Shown here in pieces: positions 1-9,655 of a DNA stretch of 44,763 bases (position 1 is its first letter; each line of letters opens with the position of its first letter). The stretch spans positions 1-44,763 of the forward strand of contig CAYJII010000005.1 in assembly GCA_964370225.1 (NCBI GenBank), in the 5' to 3' direction. The stretch comes from an uncultured Oscillospiraceae bacterium (lineage in GTDB: Bacteria > Bacillota > Clostridia > Oscillospirales > Ruminococcaceae). Made by a program: the position numbers and the translations under genes. The notes under the pieces were generated by a model. The model was not told the origin of the DNA. It worked only from the letters and a program-made list of their open reading frames with translations, and ran no database searches.

Positions 1-53
1 ACAAGGATAATAAAAAAAGAAAAGCTAGTTCAGATAAAATTGATATCTCCCCT

Positions 54-656
54 TTGGGTGAAACTTTAAGCTTAATTGAAAAACTAAATAAAGAGAAGGA
101 AGAAATATTAATACAAATAAATGCATTGCAAACATATGCAATTTCAAGCGGTTCTGATAGTGATGTAGTAATACAAGCTTTTATGAATAGATTAACCGAA
201 ATCGAAGCATTAATCCAAGATGCTCTTTCAAGAGGAAATATGACTGAATATAATAGTGAAAACCAAGGCTGCACGCTTTACAACAAGCCAGTGTACTCGG
301 TAAATAATGATATGCAAAAGCGTAATAATCTCTCTCAATTTTCAGTTAGAATGAAGCAAACTCAGGCTATACTCCCACCTAAAGCAAACTACGATAAACA
401 TAATATTATCGCTGAAAATATCCCCCATAGCGCTAATTTAAGTGTAAGCAAAAATGAACGTGTACGTACTCTTGAAAACAAGCTAACTGCCCTTCTACGC
501 GTATTTGGTGACAAGATGTCACAGTTGTCAGAAAATAATGCTGATGAGATTACTCCATCGACTGATAACTTTACTACAACTCAGATGGTAGAAAATCAAA
601 TTTCAAGCCAAACTATGAAATCCGCTTTAGATAAGTACAAAGAAAAACAAATTTAA
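54..656 (+). CDS. hypothetical protein (serine/acidic-rich, predicted coiled-coil); reading frame is open to window position 3, so N-terminus may lie off-window
   Basis: ORF-track 200 aa ORF with a TTG start. I recognise no family motif. There is no in-frame stop between position 3 and 54. A strong hairpin plus T-run follows immediately downstream. Confidence 0.4.
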   Translation: MGETLSLIEKLNKEKEEILIQINALQTYAISSGSDSDVVIQAFMNRLTEIEALIQDALSRGNMTEYNSENQGCTLYNKPVYSVNNDMQKRNNLSQFSVRMKQTQAILPPKANYDKHNIIAENIPHSANLSVSKNERVRTLENKLTALLRVFGDKMSQLSENNADEITPSTDNFTTTQMVENQISSQTMKSALDKYKEKQI

Positions 657-664
657 TAAATAAA

Positions 665-705
665 AAGAGAATGTGAAAACTTATCTTCACATTCTCTTTT
701 TTTCT
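665..705. terminator. bidirectional rho-independent terminator between convergent genes
   Basis: Perfect 12-bp stem agagaatgtgaa/ttcacattctct with an 8-nt loop, flanked by an A-run on one side and a T7 run on the other. Confidence 0.6.
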
Positions 706-2020
706 AGTTATAGTCATAAAGTGGAGAGACATAAACCCCATTTGCTATTACCCCAAAATGCAAATGCGCACCTGTTGAATAGCCTGTTGTACCGATGGTT
801 CCTATACTATCCCCTATCTGGACATAATCGCCTACCTCTACATATCTTTCGTCCATATGCATGTATATCGTCTTAAGTCCAAAGCCATGTTCTATAATGA
901 TAGCATTACCAGTATTCGCAAAGAAATCTGACATAACTACTCTACCAGAATTGCTTGCAGCAATAGGAGTTCCTATTGCATTTCCTCCAATATCAATTGC
1001 GCTATGCCACCTTGGTGTGGTTCTACCTAGGTCGTAGCGTTGTGTTCCAAACTCAGTCGTTATATACCCATCTACAGGCGCTATAAACGGTTCTGTGGCA
1101 TAAAGCGTGTCGTCAGCTATCTTTATTACTTCAGCGTATGTATTGCTGTATCTTTCTACTTCCTCGGTGTTACCTACACTCGCTGCTGCGACACTTGGCT
1201 CTACCGTAAGATATTGCACCTCAAAGTCACGTGGGAGAACTGAAAACTGTGTTTTTACCACTTCATCTCCTCGTACAATATCAATATAGTAATCACCTGC
1301 TGCTTGCGTAACATCTACTGCTACAAAAGCAGTATGCACATTATCATTCTCAAAAAATATAATATCATGCATTAAATTCGTTTGGACCTCTGCATTCTCA
1401 AAACCTGTTGCTGTTAACGTTATCATATCGCCTTGAAGGTACTCAGTTTTATCCGACACTAGTGTGATTTGTGGGATATATGTTAGTTTTATATTATACT
1501 CCAAATCTAGCGCTATATTGCCAACAATCTCATCTTCATTATCATACGTAGCGTCATACTCATATGTTTTACTAATGCATAAATTGTATTCGGTGGTTTT
1601 ATTCACTTTATCTAACTGCTCAAAATCTTCAATCTGATTAATATCTTGATACTCACCATCAACATCATCAATTCTAAAAGTAACCCCCTCAAGATTACTT
1701 AAGGTTTCTTCTAGTTCATAAAAGCTGTTAATTTCTACTTGCCCCACATTATCAGGATAATGTTCAGAAACTAAAACATCACCACTAATAGGAAAAACAC
1801 GTATCCCATCAATATATTCTGCACCAACCTCATTGCCTAATATATCAATTTTGGTTTCGGTTTCAATCTGCACCATTGATGTGTGTATTAGTAAATTTTC
1901 GCGGTCAATCCTTGATTGTTTTACTTGAATATAAGTGAATACTAGCGATGCTACTATAATAATGGACAGTGCAATAACTATGCTTATAATCATACTACTG
2001 CTTTTTCTTTTTCGTGACAT
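704..2020 (-). CDS. membrane-anchored M23 (LytM-type) metalloendopeptidase
   Basis: N-terminal hydrophobic helix (IISIVIALSIIIVASLVF). C-terminal M23 motifs HSAIDIG (HxxxD) and GAHLHFGV (HxH). Confidence 0.8.
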   Translation of the reverse strand: MSRKRKSSSMIISIVIALSIIIVASLVFTYIQVKQSRIDRENLLIHTSMVQIETETKIDILGNEVGAEYIDGIRVFPISGDVLVSEHYPDNVGQVEINSFYELEETLSNLEGVTFRIDDVDGEYQDINQIEDFEQLDKVNKTTEYNLCISKTYEYDATYDNEDEIVGNIALDLEYNIKLTYIPQITLVSDKTEYLQGDMITLTATGFENAEVQTNLMHDIIFFENDNVHTAFVAVDVTQAAGDYYIDIVRGDEVVKTQFSVLPRDFEVQYLTVEPSVAAASVGNTEEVERYSNTYAEVIKIADDTLYATEPFIAPVDGYITTEFGTQRYDLGRTTPRWHSAIDIGGNAIGTPIAASNSGRVVMSDFFANTGNAIIIEHGFGLKTIYMHMDERYVEVGDYVQIGDSIGTIGTTGYSTGAHLHFGVIANGVYVSPLYDYN

Positions 2021-2039
2021 GGTGCTCCCCCTAAATTAA

Positions 2040-2510
2040 TTAAAACTCCTCTTTTTGCCTCAATTTTCTTAATTCATATCGTTTTTTGCCTGCTTGCCAC
2101 TCATCTTCCTCTTCCTGTGTCAAAAGTTTTAGCGCAGGAACTGTGCAAGGTCTGTCATTATCATCAATCGCAACCATAACAAGATGAGCTTTATTAACTA
2201 GCTTGTTTTCTGAGCTTTCATCCTCAATATATGTCTCTACACTGACTTCCATAGAAGTTTTGCCGACATATGTTATTTTGGCGATAAGCACGATAATATC
2301 GTTAATAAAAACAGCGGATTTAAAATTTAAATTATCTATGCAAATTGTCGTTACATTTTTGCCCGAATGTCTCCTTGCAGCAACAGCAGCGACAATGTCT
2401 ATCCACTCCATCAGCCTCCCACCGAATAAACGTCCGCTCCCGTTAATGTCAGCCGACAATATCATTTGCACCTGTGTTGTAAGCGAATGATTTACAGTTT
2501 TTTCCTTCAT
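2040..2510 (-). CDS. acyl-CoA thioester hydrolase (hotdog fold, YkhA/BFIT-like)
   Basis: 156 aa. The conserved GRLFGGRLMEWIDIVAA core is typical of cytosolic acyl-CoA thioesterases. Confidence 0.7.
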   Translation of the reverse strand: MKEKTVNHSLTTQVQMILSADINGSGRLFGGRLMEWIDIVAAVAARRHSGKNVTTICIDNLNFKSAVFINDIIVLIAKITYVGKTSMEVSVETYIEDESSENKLVNKAHLVMVAIDDNDRPCTVPALKLLTQEEEDEWQAGKKRYELRKLRQKEEF

Positions 2511-2792
2511 TTTACATACCCTCCATGATAAAAAAATGTGAATATATCAAAAAATTACACTAAAATTACTTAAACTTAATTATATCAGATATATGCACTT
2601 AAAAGCAAGGGTAAAACACATTAAAATTTTATCCATTATAACTATTGAATATTTTGCTCAATTGGTTTAAACTATAAATATAGATAATAATTTTTGTTTA
2701 ATATTTTGTCTTGCCATAGTCCAAATTTAAACTTATAAAAATCCTAATCTTTTTTGAGTTAATTTCTAATGAAATAAGAAGGGGTTGAGTGT

Positions 2793-3302
2793 ATGGATTT
2801 TACTAGTGGCATAAAATTAGTTCCGATAGTTTCGGAAGAGCAGATCAGAAAAATGTGTAAGATGGCAAATAAAATCTGGAATGAACATTACTCTCCTATC
2901 ATCGGTTTTGAGCAGGTAGAATATATGCTCAATAAATTCCAGTCGCCGGAAACTGTAAACAGACAGATGATTATCGAAAATTATCGCTGTTATTTTATAA
3001 ATTTTCGTGGAATAGATGCTGGTTATGTGATGTTTAAGATTGGAAACAACTCGTTGTTTTTAAGTAAGATTTACATTGATTCACAATACAGAGGACAAAA
3101 ACTTGGGAAAAGTGTTATAGATTTTTTAGTTGATTACTGTGAAGAATATGAACTGGAAAAAATATGGCTAACAGTTAACAAAAACAATGTAGGCTCTATT
3201 GCAGCATATGAAAAGATGGGGTTTGAAAAGACGCACGATCAAGTAGTTGATATCGGCAAGGGATATGTCATGGACGATTTTATTATGGAGAAAATTATCT
3301 AG
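2793..3302 (+). CDS. GNAT family N-acetyltransferase
   Basis: 169 aa with a Q/RxxGxG/A-like acetyl-CoA motif (YRGQKLGKSVIDFL). An RBS aaggggtt sits upstream. Confidence 0.65.
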   Translation: MDFTSGIKLVPIVSEEQIRKMCKMANKIWNEHYSPIIGFEQVEYMLNKFQSPETVNRQMIIENYRCYFINFRGIDAGYVMFKIGNNSLFLSKIYIDSQYRGQKLGKSVIDFLVDYCEEYELEKIWLTVNKNNVGSIAAYEKMGFEKTHDQVVDIGKGYVMDDFIMEKII

Positions 3303-3404
3303 TCTTTTTAGACAAAATTTAAAAACCGCGCTCTATAACGGAGGATAAGAAATTATCCTCCGTTATAGTGTCGTTTTAAGAAATAAATTGAAGGGAAAAT
3401 AGCA

Positions 3405-4004
3405 ATGTTTAATAGGCTTTTTCAAAAGAAATCTGGAGTGGAATTTTTAATCGTAGGGTTGGGTAATCCTACACCAAAATATGATAATACGAGGCATAAT
3501 GTCGGTTTTGAGGCTATAGATAGTATATCAAAGAAACTGTCTATCAACACTGATATTTTTAAGTTTAAGGCTAAAATAGGTAAAGGCGAAATTAACGGGA
3601 AAAAGTGCATGCTAATAAAACCCACTACTTTTATGAATTTGAGTGGTGAGGCTGTTTACGCTGTAATGCATTACTATAAAATCCCAATAGAAAATGTTAT
3701 AGTAATTTTTGATGATATATCACTTGATGTTGGCAAAGTAAGGATTAGGCGCAAAGGCTCGCATGGTGGGCATAACGGCATTAAAAGCATAATAGAACAA
3801 ACTGGTTCTGACAATTTCCCAAGAATTAAAGTTGGCGTGGGTAAAAAACCTCATCCTGACTATGATTTAGCTGACTGGGTTCTCTCTAAATTTACTAAAA
3901 AAGAAAAACCTTTCATAGATGAAGCTGTGGACAATTGTAGCGATATAATCAAATATATCATCGACGATAAAATAGATAAGGCTATGGCACTTTATAATAA
4001 GTAG
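3405..4004 (+). CDS. pth: peptidyl-tRNA hydrolase
   Basis: FLIVGLGNPTPKYDNTRHNVGF N-terminal signature and catalytic His region. Length is 199 aa. Confidence 0.9.
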   Translation: MFNRLFQKKSGVEFLIVGLGNPTPKYDNTRHNVGFEAIDSISKKLSINTDIFKFKAKIGKGEINGKKCMLIKPTTFMNLSGEAVYAVMHYYKIPIENVIVIFDDISLDVGKVRIRRKGSHGGHNGIKSIIEQTGSDNFPRIKVGVGKKPHPDYDLADWVLSKFTKKEKPFIDEAVDNCSDIIKYIIDDKIDKAMALYNK

Positions 4005-4130
4005 AAAAGCATGGAATTAACGCTTCATTTTTTAAAATGCTTCATAAATTTGGATATATACCGCCTATTTTCGGAGAAATGGCGATGCTTTGCATTTTCA
4101 AACCATGGTTTTCTGGGGAGCATGAAATAA

Positions 4131-4166
4131 AACCCCCGATGTGAAAATACACATCGGGGGTTTATT
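4131..4166. terminator. bidirectional intrinsic terminator (pth / gpmI convergent)
   Basis: GC-rich stem cccccgatgtg/cacatcggggg with a 6-nt loop, flanked by an A-run and a T-run. Confidence 0.6.
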
Positions 4167-4372
4167 ATATTAGTTTTAGTTCACATTTTCAGGAGAAATA
4201 GTCTTGTATTTCCCTTTTTAACAATCCACTAGAGCGTTAAATTCAGCACTTTTCCGTCTTTGCACCACTTAGGAAGTTTCATTCGTCTGCAGACAAATAT
4301 CTAAGGCTTCGTCTTTAGATACGACGATTTTTTAAAAATCAAGTAAAACTTCACTAGGGGAACTAGCGATTA

Positions 4373-5887
4373 TTACTTAATTAAAGAAATTCCATCCATT
4401 TCAGCTGGAATTTCTAATCCTAGTAGAGTCAGCATAGTTGGCGCTAAGTCAGCTAGTTTACCGCCTTCCACAAGTTCACAATCTTTCCCACACACGATAA
4501 ACGGTACAGGATTTGTTGTATGAGCTGTGAAAGCAGAACCATCATCTTCGTACATACGGTCAGCATTGCCATGATCAGCAGTAATCAGCGCAACGCCACC
4601 TTTTGCAAGGATAGCATCAACAGTTTTACCAACGCATGTATCCACAGCTTCAACTGCTGTTTTAGCAGCATCAAATACGCCTGTGTGTCCTACCATGTCG
4701 CAGTTAGCGTAGTTTAGAATGATAACATCGTATTTGTCCGAGTTGATTCTCTCAACTACTTCATCACACACTTCAAACGCACTCATTTCTGGTTTTAAGT
4801 CATAAGTTGCAACTTTTGGAGATGGAATAAGTGCTCTTTCTTCGCCTGGGAACACTTCCTCAACACCACCGTTAAAGAAGAATGTTACATGTGCATATTT
4901 TTCAGTTTCTGCAATTCTAAGTTGAGTTAAACCTTTGTTGCTGATGTATTCGCCAAAAGTATTAGCTAGTGACTGTGGTTTGAATGCTACTGTAACATTT
5001 GGCATAGTAGCATCATATTGAGTCAAACAAACAAATGTTAGGTTTAAGTTAGCGTTAGTACGAGCAAAACCATCAAAGTTTTCATCAACGAAAGTTCTAG
5101 TGATTTCGCGAGCTCTGTCAGGTCTAAAGTTAAAGAATACTACACTATCCCCTGTGCTAATATTTGAGTTATCAGCACAAACTATTGGTTTAACGAATTC
5201 ATCAGTAATATTTGCATCATATGAAGCTTGCATGGATGCAACAGCATCATCGCTTTTCACGCCTATTCCGTTTACCATTGCGTTGTAAGCTTCCTCAACT
5301 CTTTCCCAGCGATTATCTCTATCCATTGCATAGTATCTTCCGATAACAGTTGCAATTTCCCCAACACCAATGCTATCCATTTGTGCTTGAAGCTCCTCAA
5401 CAAAGCTTTTGCCTGATGATGGAGGCACATCGCGTCCATCCATAAAACAATGTACGAAAACTTTTGTTAAGCCAGCATCTTTTGCTAGTTTAAGTAGTCC
5501 ATAAAGATGTCCATTGTGACTATGTACGCCGCCATCGGACAATAATCCCATAAAATGTAGTGCAGTATCGTTTTTCTTACAATTATCAATCGCTTTAGCA
5601 AAAGCTTCGTTTGTAAAAAAGTCGCCATCTTTAATTGATTTGGTAATTCTTGTTAGCTCTTGATAAACAATTCTACCAGCACCGATATTAGTATGTCCAA
5701 CTTCACTATTACCCATTTGTCCTTCTGGCAAGCCAACTTCCATTCCAGAAGCGCCTATTAAAGTGTTAGGGCATTCGTTGAATATTTTATCCATATTAGG
5801 AGTACTAGCAGCTATAACAGCATTACCATACTCATTTGGATTATAACCATAACCATCTAAAATGATTAATGCAACAGGTTTTTTCAT
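4373..5887 (-). CDS. gpmI: 2,3-bisphosphoglycerate-independent phosphoglycerate mutase
   Basis: 504 aa. N-terminus MKKPVALIILDGYGY, and the metal-binding and phosphoserine regions typical of iPGM. Confidence 0.93.
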   Translation of the reverse strand: MKKPVALIILDGYGYNPNEYGNAVIAASTPNMDKIFNECPNTLIGASGMEVGLPEGQMGNSEVGHTNIGAGRIVYQELTRITKSIKDGDFFTNEAFAKAIDNCKKNDTALHFMGLLSDGGVHSHNGHLYGLLKLAKDAGLTKVFVHCFMDGRDVPPSSGKSFVEELQAQMDSIGVGEIATVIGRYYAMDRDNRWERVEEAYNAMVNGIGVKSDDAVASMQASYDANITDEFVKPIVCADNSNISTGDSVVFFNFRPDRAREITRTFVDENFDGFARTNANLNLTFVCLTQYDATMPNVTVAFKPQSLANTFGEYISNKGLTQLRIAETEKYAHVTFFFNGGVEEVFPGEERALIPSPKVATYDLKPEMSAFEVCDEVVERINSDKYDVIILNYANCDMVGHTGVFDAAKTAVEAVDTCVGKTVDAILAKGGVALITADHGNADRMYEDDGSAFTAHTTNPVPFIVCGKDCELVEGGKLADLAPTMLTLLGLEIPAEMDGISLIK

Positions 5888-5933
5888 CAGTATATTTTCC
5901 TTTCAAACGGTATAAAACCGAAATTACGTGTAA

Positions 5934-6701
5934 TTATTTTGAAGCCTCATCAACTAATACTGCAAAATCTTTTGCAACTAGTGAAGCACCGCCGATTAAA
6001 CCACCGTCAATGTTTTCTTTTGATAGTAGACCTGCACAGTTTTTAGCGTTCATAGAACCACCGTATTGGATAGTGATTGCATCAGCAGCAGCTTTATCGT
6101 ACATTTTTTCAATCACGCATCTAATCATAGCGCATACTTCTTCAGCTTGCTCGTCAGTAGCAGTAACACCAGTACCGATAGCCCAAACTGGTTCGTAAGC
6201 GATGATGATATTTTTTAGATCGTCTTTGCTAACGCCGTTAAGAGCAATTTTAGTTTGCATTGCTACAAGCTCATCTGTAATACCTAGTTCTCTATCATTT
6301 AGCATTTCGCCAACACATAAAATAACAGTTAAACCTGCTTCTAGTGCAGCTTTAGTTCTTTTGTTTACAGTTTCATCTGTTTCAGCAAAGTATTGTCTTC
6401 TTTCTGAGTGACCGATAATTACGTAGTTTACGCCCATTTCTTTTAGCATATCAGCAGCAATTTCGCCAGTGAAAGCACCTGATTTTTCAAAGTGGCAGTT
6501 TTGTGCGCCAACTTTAATATTTGTGCCTTGAGTTAAATCAAGAGCAGTTTCTAGATTAGTGTAAGGAGTACAGATAACAACATCACAGTCAGCGTTTTCT
6601 ACAACTGGGATAAGCTCGCTAATTAAAGTTTTAGCCTCTTCCCTATTTTTATTCATTTTCCAGTTACCAGCAATTACAGCTTTTCTTAGTGTTTTATTCA
6701 T
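5934..6701 (-). CDS. tpiA: triosephosphate isomerase
   Basis: AGNWKMN, IGHSERR and AYEPVWAIGTG motifs. Start is trimmed to the ATG at 6701 (MNKTLRKAVIAGNWKMN), which has GGAG 8 nt upstream. The track ORF starts 24 nt earlier without an RBS. Confidence 0.9.
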   Translation of the reverse strand: MNKTLRKAVIAGNWKMNKNREEAKTLISELIPVVENADCDVVICTPYTNLETALDLTQGTNIKVGAQNCHFEKSGAFTGEIAADMLKEMGVNYVIIGHSERRQYFAETDETVNKRTKAALEAGLTVILCVGEMLNDRELGITDELVAMQTKIALNGVSKDDLKNIIIAYEPVWAIGTGVTATDEQAEEVCAMIRCVIEKMYDKAAADAITIQYGGSMNAKNCAGLLSKENIDGGLIGGASLVAKDFAVLVDEASK

Positions 6702-6803
6702 AATAAAATCTCCATTCTTCCGCATTTGCGAATTATATAATGTTTTTCTTTATGTACAAATTCCGCCATCGCAAACACGATGACGGAAATTTTTATATAA
6801 GGC

Positions 6804-7994
6804 TTATTTTTCGTTTAAGCAATCAATACCAGGTAGAACTTTACCTTCCATATACTCTAGTGAAGCACCGCCACCAGTAGAAATATGGCTCATTTTCTCA
6901 GCATAGCCTAGTTTTACAACTGCTGCAACTGAATCTCCGCCGCCAATGATAGAAACTGCACCGCTATTAGCAACAGCGTTAGCAACTTCTAAAGTGCCTT
7001 TTTCGAAGTTAGGGAATTCGAATACACCCATAGGTCCATTCCAAATTACAGTTTTAGCATCTTTAATTGCATCGCAGAATAATTTAATGGATTGTGTACC
7101 GATGTCCATACCCATCCAACCATCTGGAATAGTGTCAGAAGGAATTTCTTTCCACTCAGCATCAACATCAAATTTATCAGCAATTTTATTGTCAACAGGG
7201 ATTAGGAATTTAACACCTTTTTCTTCTGCTTTAGCCATGATAGATTTTGCAAGCTCAACTTTATCATCTTCGCAAATTGAGTTACCAATTGTGTGGCCAA
7301 GTGCTTTCATAAATGTGTAAGCCATACCGCCACCAACGATTAACACGTCTACTTTATCAAGTAGATTTGTGATAACGCCGATTTTATCAGAAACTTTTGC
7401 TCCACCTAGGATAGCAACAAAAGGTCTTTTTGGATCTTCTAAAGCTCCGCCGATGAACGCGATTTCTTTTTGCATTAAGTAACCACAAACTGCTGGTAAA
7501 AACTCAGCAACACCTGCAGTTGAAGCGTGTGCTCTATGTGCAGCACCAAATGCATCATTAACATAAATTTCAGCTAAGTTTGCAAGTTCTTGTGCAAACG
7601 CTTTATCATTTGCAGTTTCTTCTTTGTGATATCTCACATTTTCTATTAACATAACATCGCCATCGTTTAATGCGCTAGCTTTTGCTTTTGCATCTTCTCC
7701 GACAACATCTTTTGCTATAACAACATCTTTACCTAATAGTTCAGATAATCTTGCAGCAACCGGTGTTAATGAAAATTCAGGTTTAAACTCACCTTTAGGT
7801 CTTCCTAAGTGTGAACATAAAATCAATTTAGCATTATTTTCAATCAAATATTTGATTGTTGGAAGTGCAGCTACAATTCTTTTATCATTTGTAATGACAC
7901 CATCTTTTAGTGGTACATTGAAGTCACAACGTACTAAGACAGTTTTACCGCTAACATTGATATCCTCAATAGATTTTTTATTAAGAGCAGCCAT
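6804..7994 (-). CDS. pgk: phosphoglycerate kinase
   Basis: RCDFNVP, SHLGRP and GGGASLE motifs. Start is trimmed to MAALNKK, which has an AAGGA/GAAG RBS. Confidence 0.93.
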   Translation of the reverse strand: MAALNKKSIEDINVSGKTVLVRCDFNVPLKDGVITNDKRIVAALPTIKYLIENNAKLILCSHLGRPKGEFKPEFSLTPVAARLSELLGKDVVIAKDVVGEDAKAKASALNDGDVMLIENVRYHKEETANDKAFAQELANLAEIYVNDAFGAAHRAHASTAGVAEFLPAVCGYLMQKEIAFIGGALEDPKRPFVAILGGAKVSDKIGVITNLLDKVDVLIVGGGMAYTFMKALGHTIGNSICEDDKVELAKSIMAKAEEKGVKFLIPVDNKIADKFDVDAEWKEIPSDTIPDGWMGMDIGTQSIKLFCDAIKDAKTVIWNGPMGVFEFPNFEKGTLEVANAVANSGAVSIIGGGDSVAAVVKLGYAEKMSHISTGGGASLEYMEGKVLPGIDCLNEK

Positions 7995-8183
7995 TTTCTT
8001 CAATCCTTTCAAATTAACAAAGTTGGATATTTAATATTTTTTCTCTAAATTTAATTTTGAATGTTAAATATAAAACAATCCTTATATATTTTACCCCAAA
8101 AAGTTAATTATTGCAAGCGTTTTGCTACATAAAAAGAAAAAAATTACTCTTAATATTGTAGCAAAAACTGTTAAATATGACCA

Positions 8184-9065
8184 TTAACTTTTTCGGTTTA
8201 CACCTTTAACAATTATTCCAACGACTTTAGGGCCCGCATTTATAGCAATTGCTGCCCCAACAGGATAAACTGTGTCGATTTGACATTTAAATTGTTTTTG
8301 AGTTTTTTCCTTTAGTTCTCTAGCTTCGTCTTCTAGCATTCCTTTTACAAGCACAATTGGTGTGTCTGGAATACGCTTTTCTTTTGCAATTTCAAGCAAA
8401 GTGGGTATAATCGCTTTATTCCCTCTTACCTTGCTTACAATTTTAGTCTCGCCATCTATAATAGAAATAATCGGTCTCAAACCTAATAACTCGCCTACAA
8501 AACCTGCGGCAGCGCTAACACGACCGGATTTTTTTACAAACTCCAATGTGTACGGCGCAAAATATATCTCTAAACTATCAAACCAGTCTTCAAGATACGA
8601 TACAATTGCAGCGGCATTTATGCCCTTTTGAGCTTTATATGCAGCCTCAATTACTGCATATCCATAAGCCATAGTATAAGCTTTTGAGTCGACAATATGT
8701 ATATTAAATTTACCTTGAGCATCTTTAAATTTCTCATAAAAACCTTTTACAGCGATTAAAGCTTGTGAATAAGTACTAGAACCTTTTGAGTTAATCGCAA
8801 CATATATAATGTCAGTATATCCTGCTTTGTATGCTTCCTCAAATTTCTCAATAAAAATAAAACTGGTTATCTGAGCAGTTGTAGGGATTGATGGCTCATT
8901 AATAAGTATTTGGTAAAATTCCTCATTAGTAAAATCAATGCGTTCTGTATAACTATTTCCTCCCACTGTCAGCGGAAAACAGAAAATTTCAATTTCAAGC
9001 TCCTCTTGTATCTTAAGTGGTATGTCTGAAGCTGAGTCAGTCATTATTTTTATTTTTTGTCTCAT
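8184..9065 (-). CDS. DegV family fatty-acid-binding protein
   Basis: DegV/EDD-fold N-terminus (IKIMTDSASDIP). Length 293 aa. GGAG lies 13 nt upstream. Confidence 0.85.
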   Translation of the reverse strand: MRQKIKIMTDSASDIPLKIQEELEIEIFCFPLTVGGNSYTERIDFTNEEFYQILINEPSIPTTAQITSFIFIEKFEEAYKAGYTDIIYVAINSKGSSTYSQALIAVKGFYEKFKDAQGKFNIHIVDSKAYTMAYGYAVIEAAYKAQKGINAAAIVSYLEDWFDSLEIYFAPYTLEFVKKSGRVSAAAGFVGELLGLRPIISIIDGETKIVSKVRGNKAIIPTLLEIAKEKRIPDTPIVLVKGMLEDEARELKEKTQKQFKCQIDTVYPVGAAIAINAGPKVVGIIVKGVNRKS

Positions 9066-9143
9066 AATAATAAAATCTCCAATCTACCGTTAATTTTTCA
9101 TCTTAAGCTTTATTTTGGCTTAACATCAGTATAAGATTAAAAT

Positions 9144-9644
9144 TTAATCGCTCCATGTAAATTTTGTGAGCTCGCCTTTAGTAAGTAAGTTCGGATAATC
9201 CCACTGTCTTAGCACTTCATAAGTGCTAAGTGCAACCGTGTTAGATAAGTTTAAGCTTCTGGCTCCCTCAATCATCGGAACTCGTAAACATCCATCAGGA
9301 TTTTCTTTTAACAAATCTTCTGGAAGCCCTGCGTCCTCACGACCGAATATTATATATACACGTTCGCCAAAATTAACTTTTGTGTATATTTTTTGCGCCT
9401 TAGTTGTAAAAAAGTAATACTCACCTTCGTTTTTTTCAAAAAACTCAGCAATATCCTCATAGTATGTAATATCGAGCAGATGCCAATAGTCAAGCCCTGC
9501 TCTTTTTAGTTTTCTATCATCAATCTCAAAACCCATCGGCTTAATTATATGAAGTCTTGCCCCTGTCGCCGCACAAGTTCTTGCAATATTTCCAGTGTTT
9601 TGAGGAATTTGCGGTTCTACTAAAACTATATTTAATTCTTTCAT
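9144..9644 (-). CDS. trmL: tRNA (cytidine/uridine-2'-O)-methyltransferase, SpoU/TrmL family
   Basis: IVLVEPQIPQNTGNIARTCAATG start and an SPOUT knot C-terminal region. Length 166 aa. Confidence 0.85.
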   Translation of the reverse strand: MKELNIVLVEPQIPQNTGNIARTCAATGARLHIIKPMGFEIDDRKLKRAGLDYWHLLDITYYEDIAEFFEKNEGEYYFFTTKAQKIYTKVNFGERVYIIFGREDAGLPEDLLKENPDGCLRVPMIEGARSLNLSNTVALSTYEVLRQWDYPNLLTKGELTKFTWSD

Positions 9645-9655
9645 AAATCCCTCTC

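Noticed and set aside
673-876. 67-aa plus-strand ORF overlapping the 3' end of the M23 peptidase gene
   Set aside because: It lies entirely antisense to a well-supported CDS and begins inside the bidirectional terminator. It has no RBS and a low-complexity composition.
2203-2490. 95-aa ORF antisense to the thioesterase gene; similar antisense ORFs at 1040-1289, 5100-5416, 6946-7320, 14840-15451, 17519-17914, 25211-25723, 31687-31959, 35209-35649, 40745-41062, 41894-42682
   Set aside because: All are nested on the opposite strand of strongly supported conserved genes. They are typical of AT-rich antisense frames and have no independent signals.
4011-4127. 38-aa ORF immediately after pth
   Set aside because: It has no RBS, is hydrophobic and low-complexity, and ends inside the terminator stem. 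It is probably non-coding.
8013-8183. 8-bp inverted repeat ttgctaca...tgtagcaa upstream of pgk
   Set aside because: The arms are short with a 27-nt AT-rich spacer, which could arise by chance in AT-rich DNA. It is not distinctive enough to call an operator.
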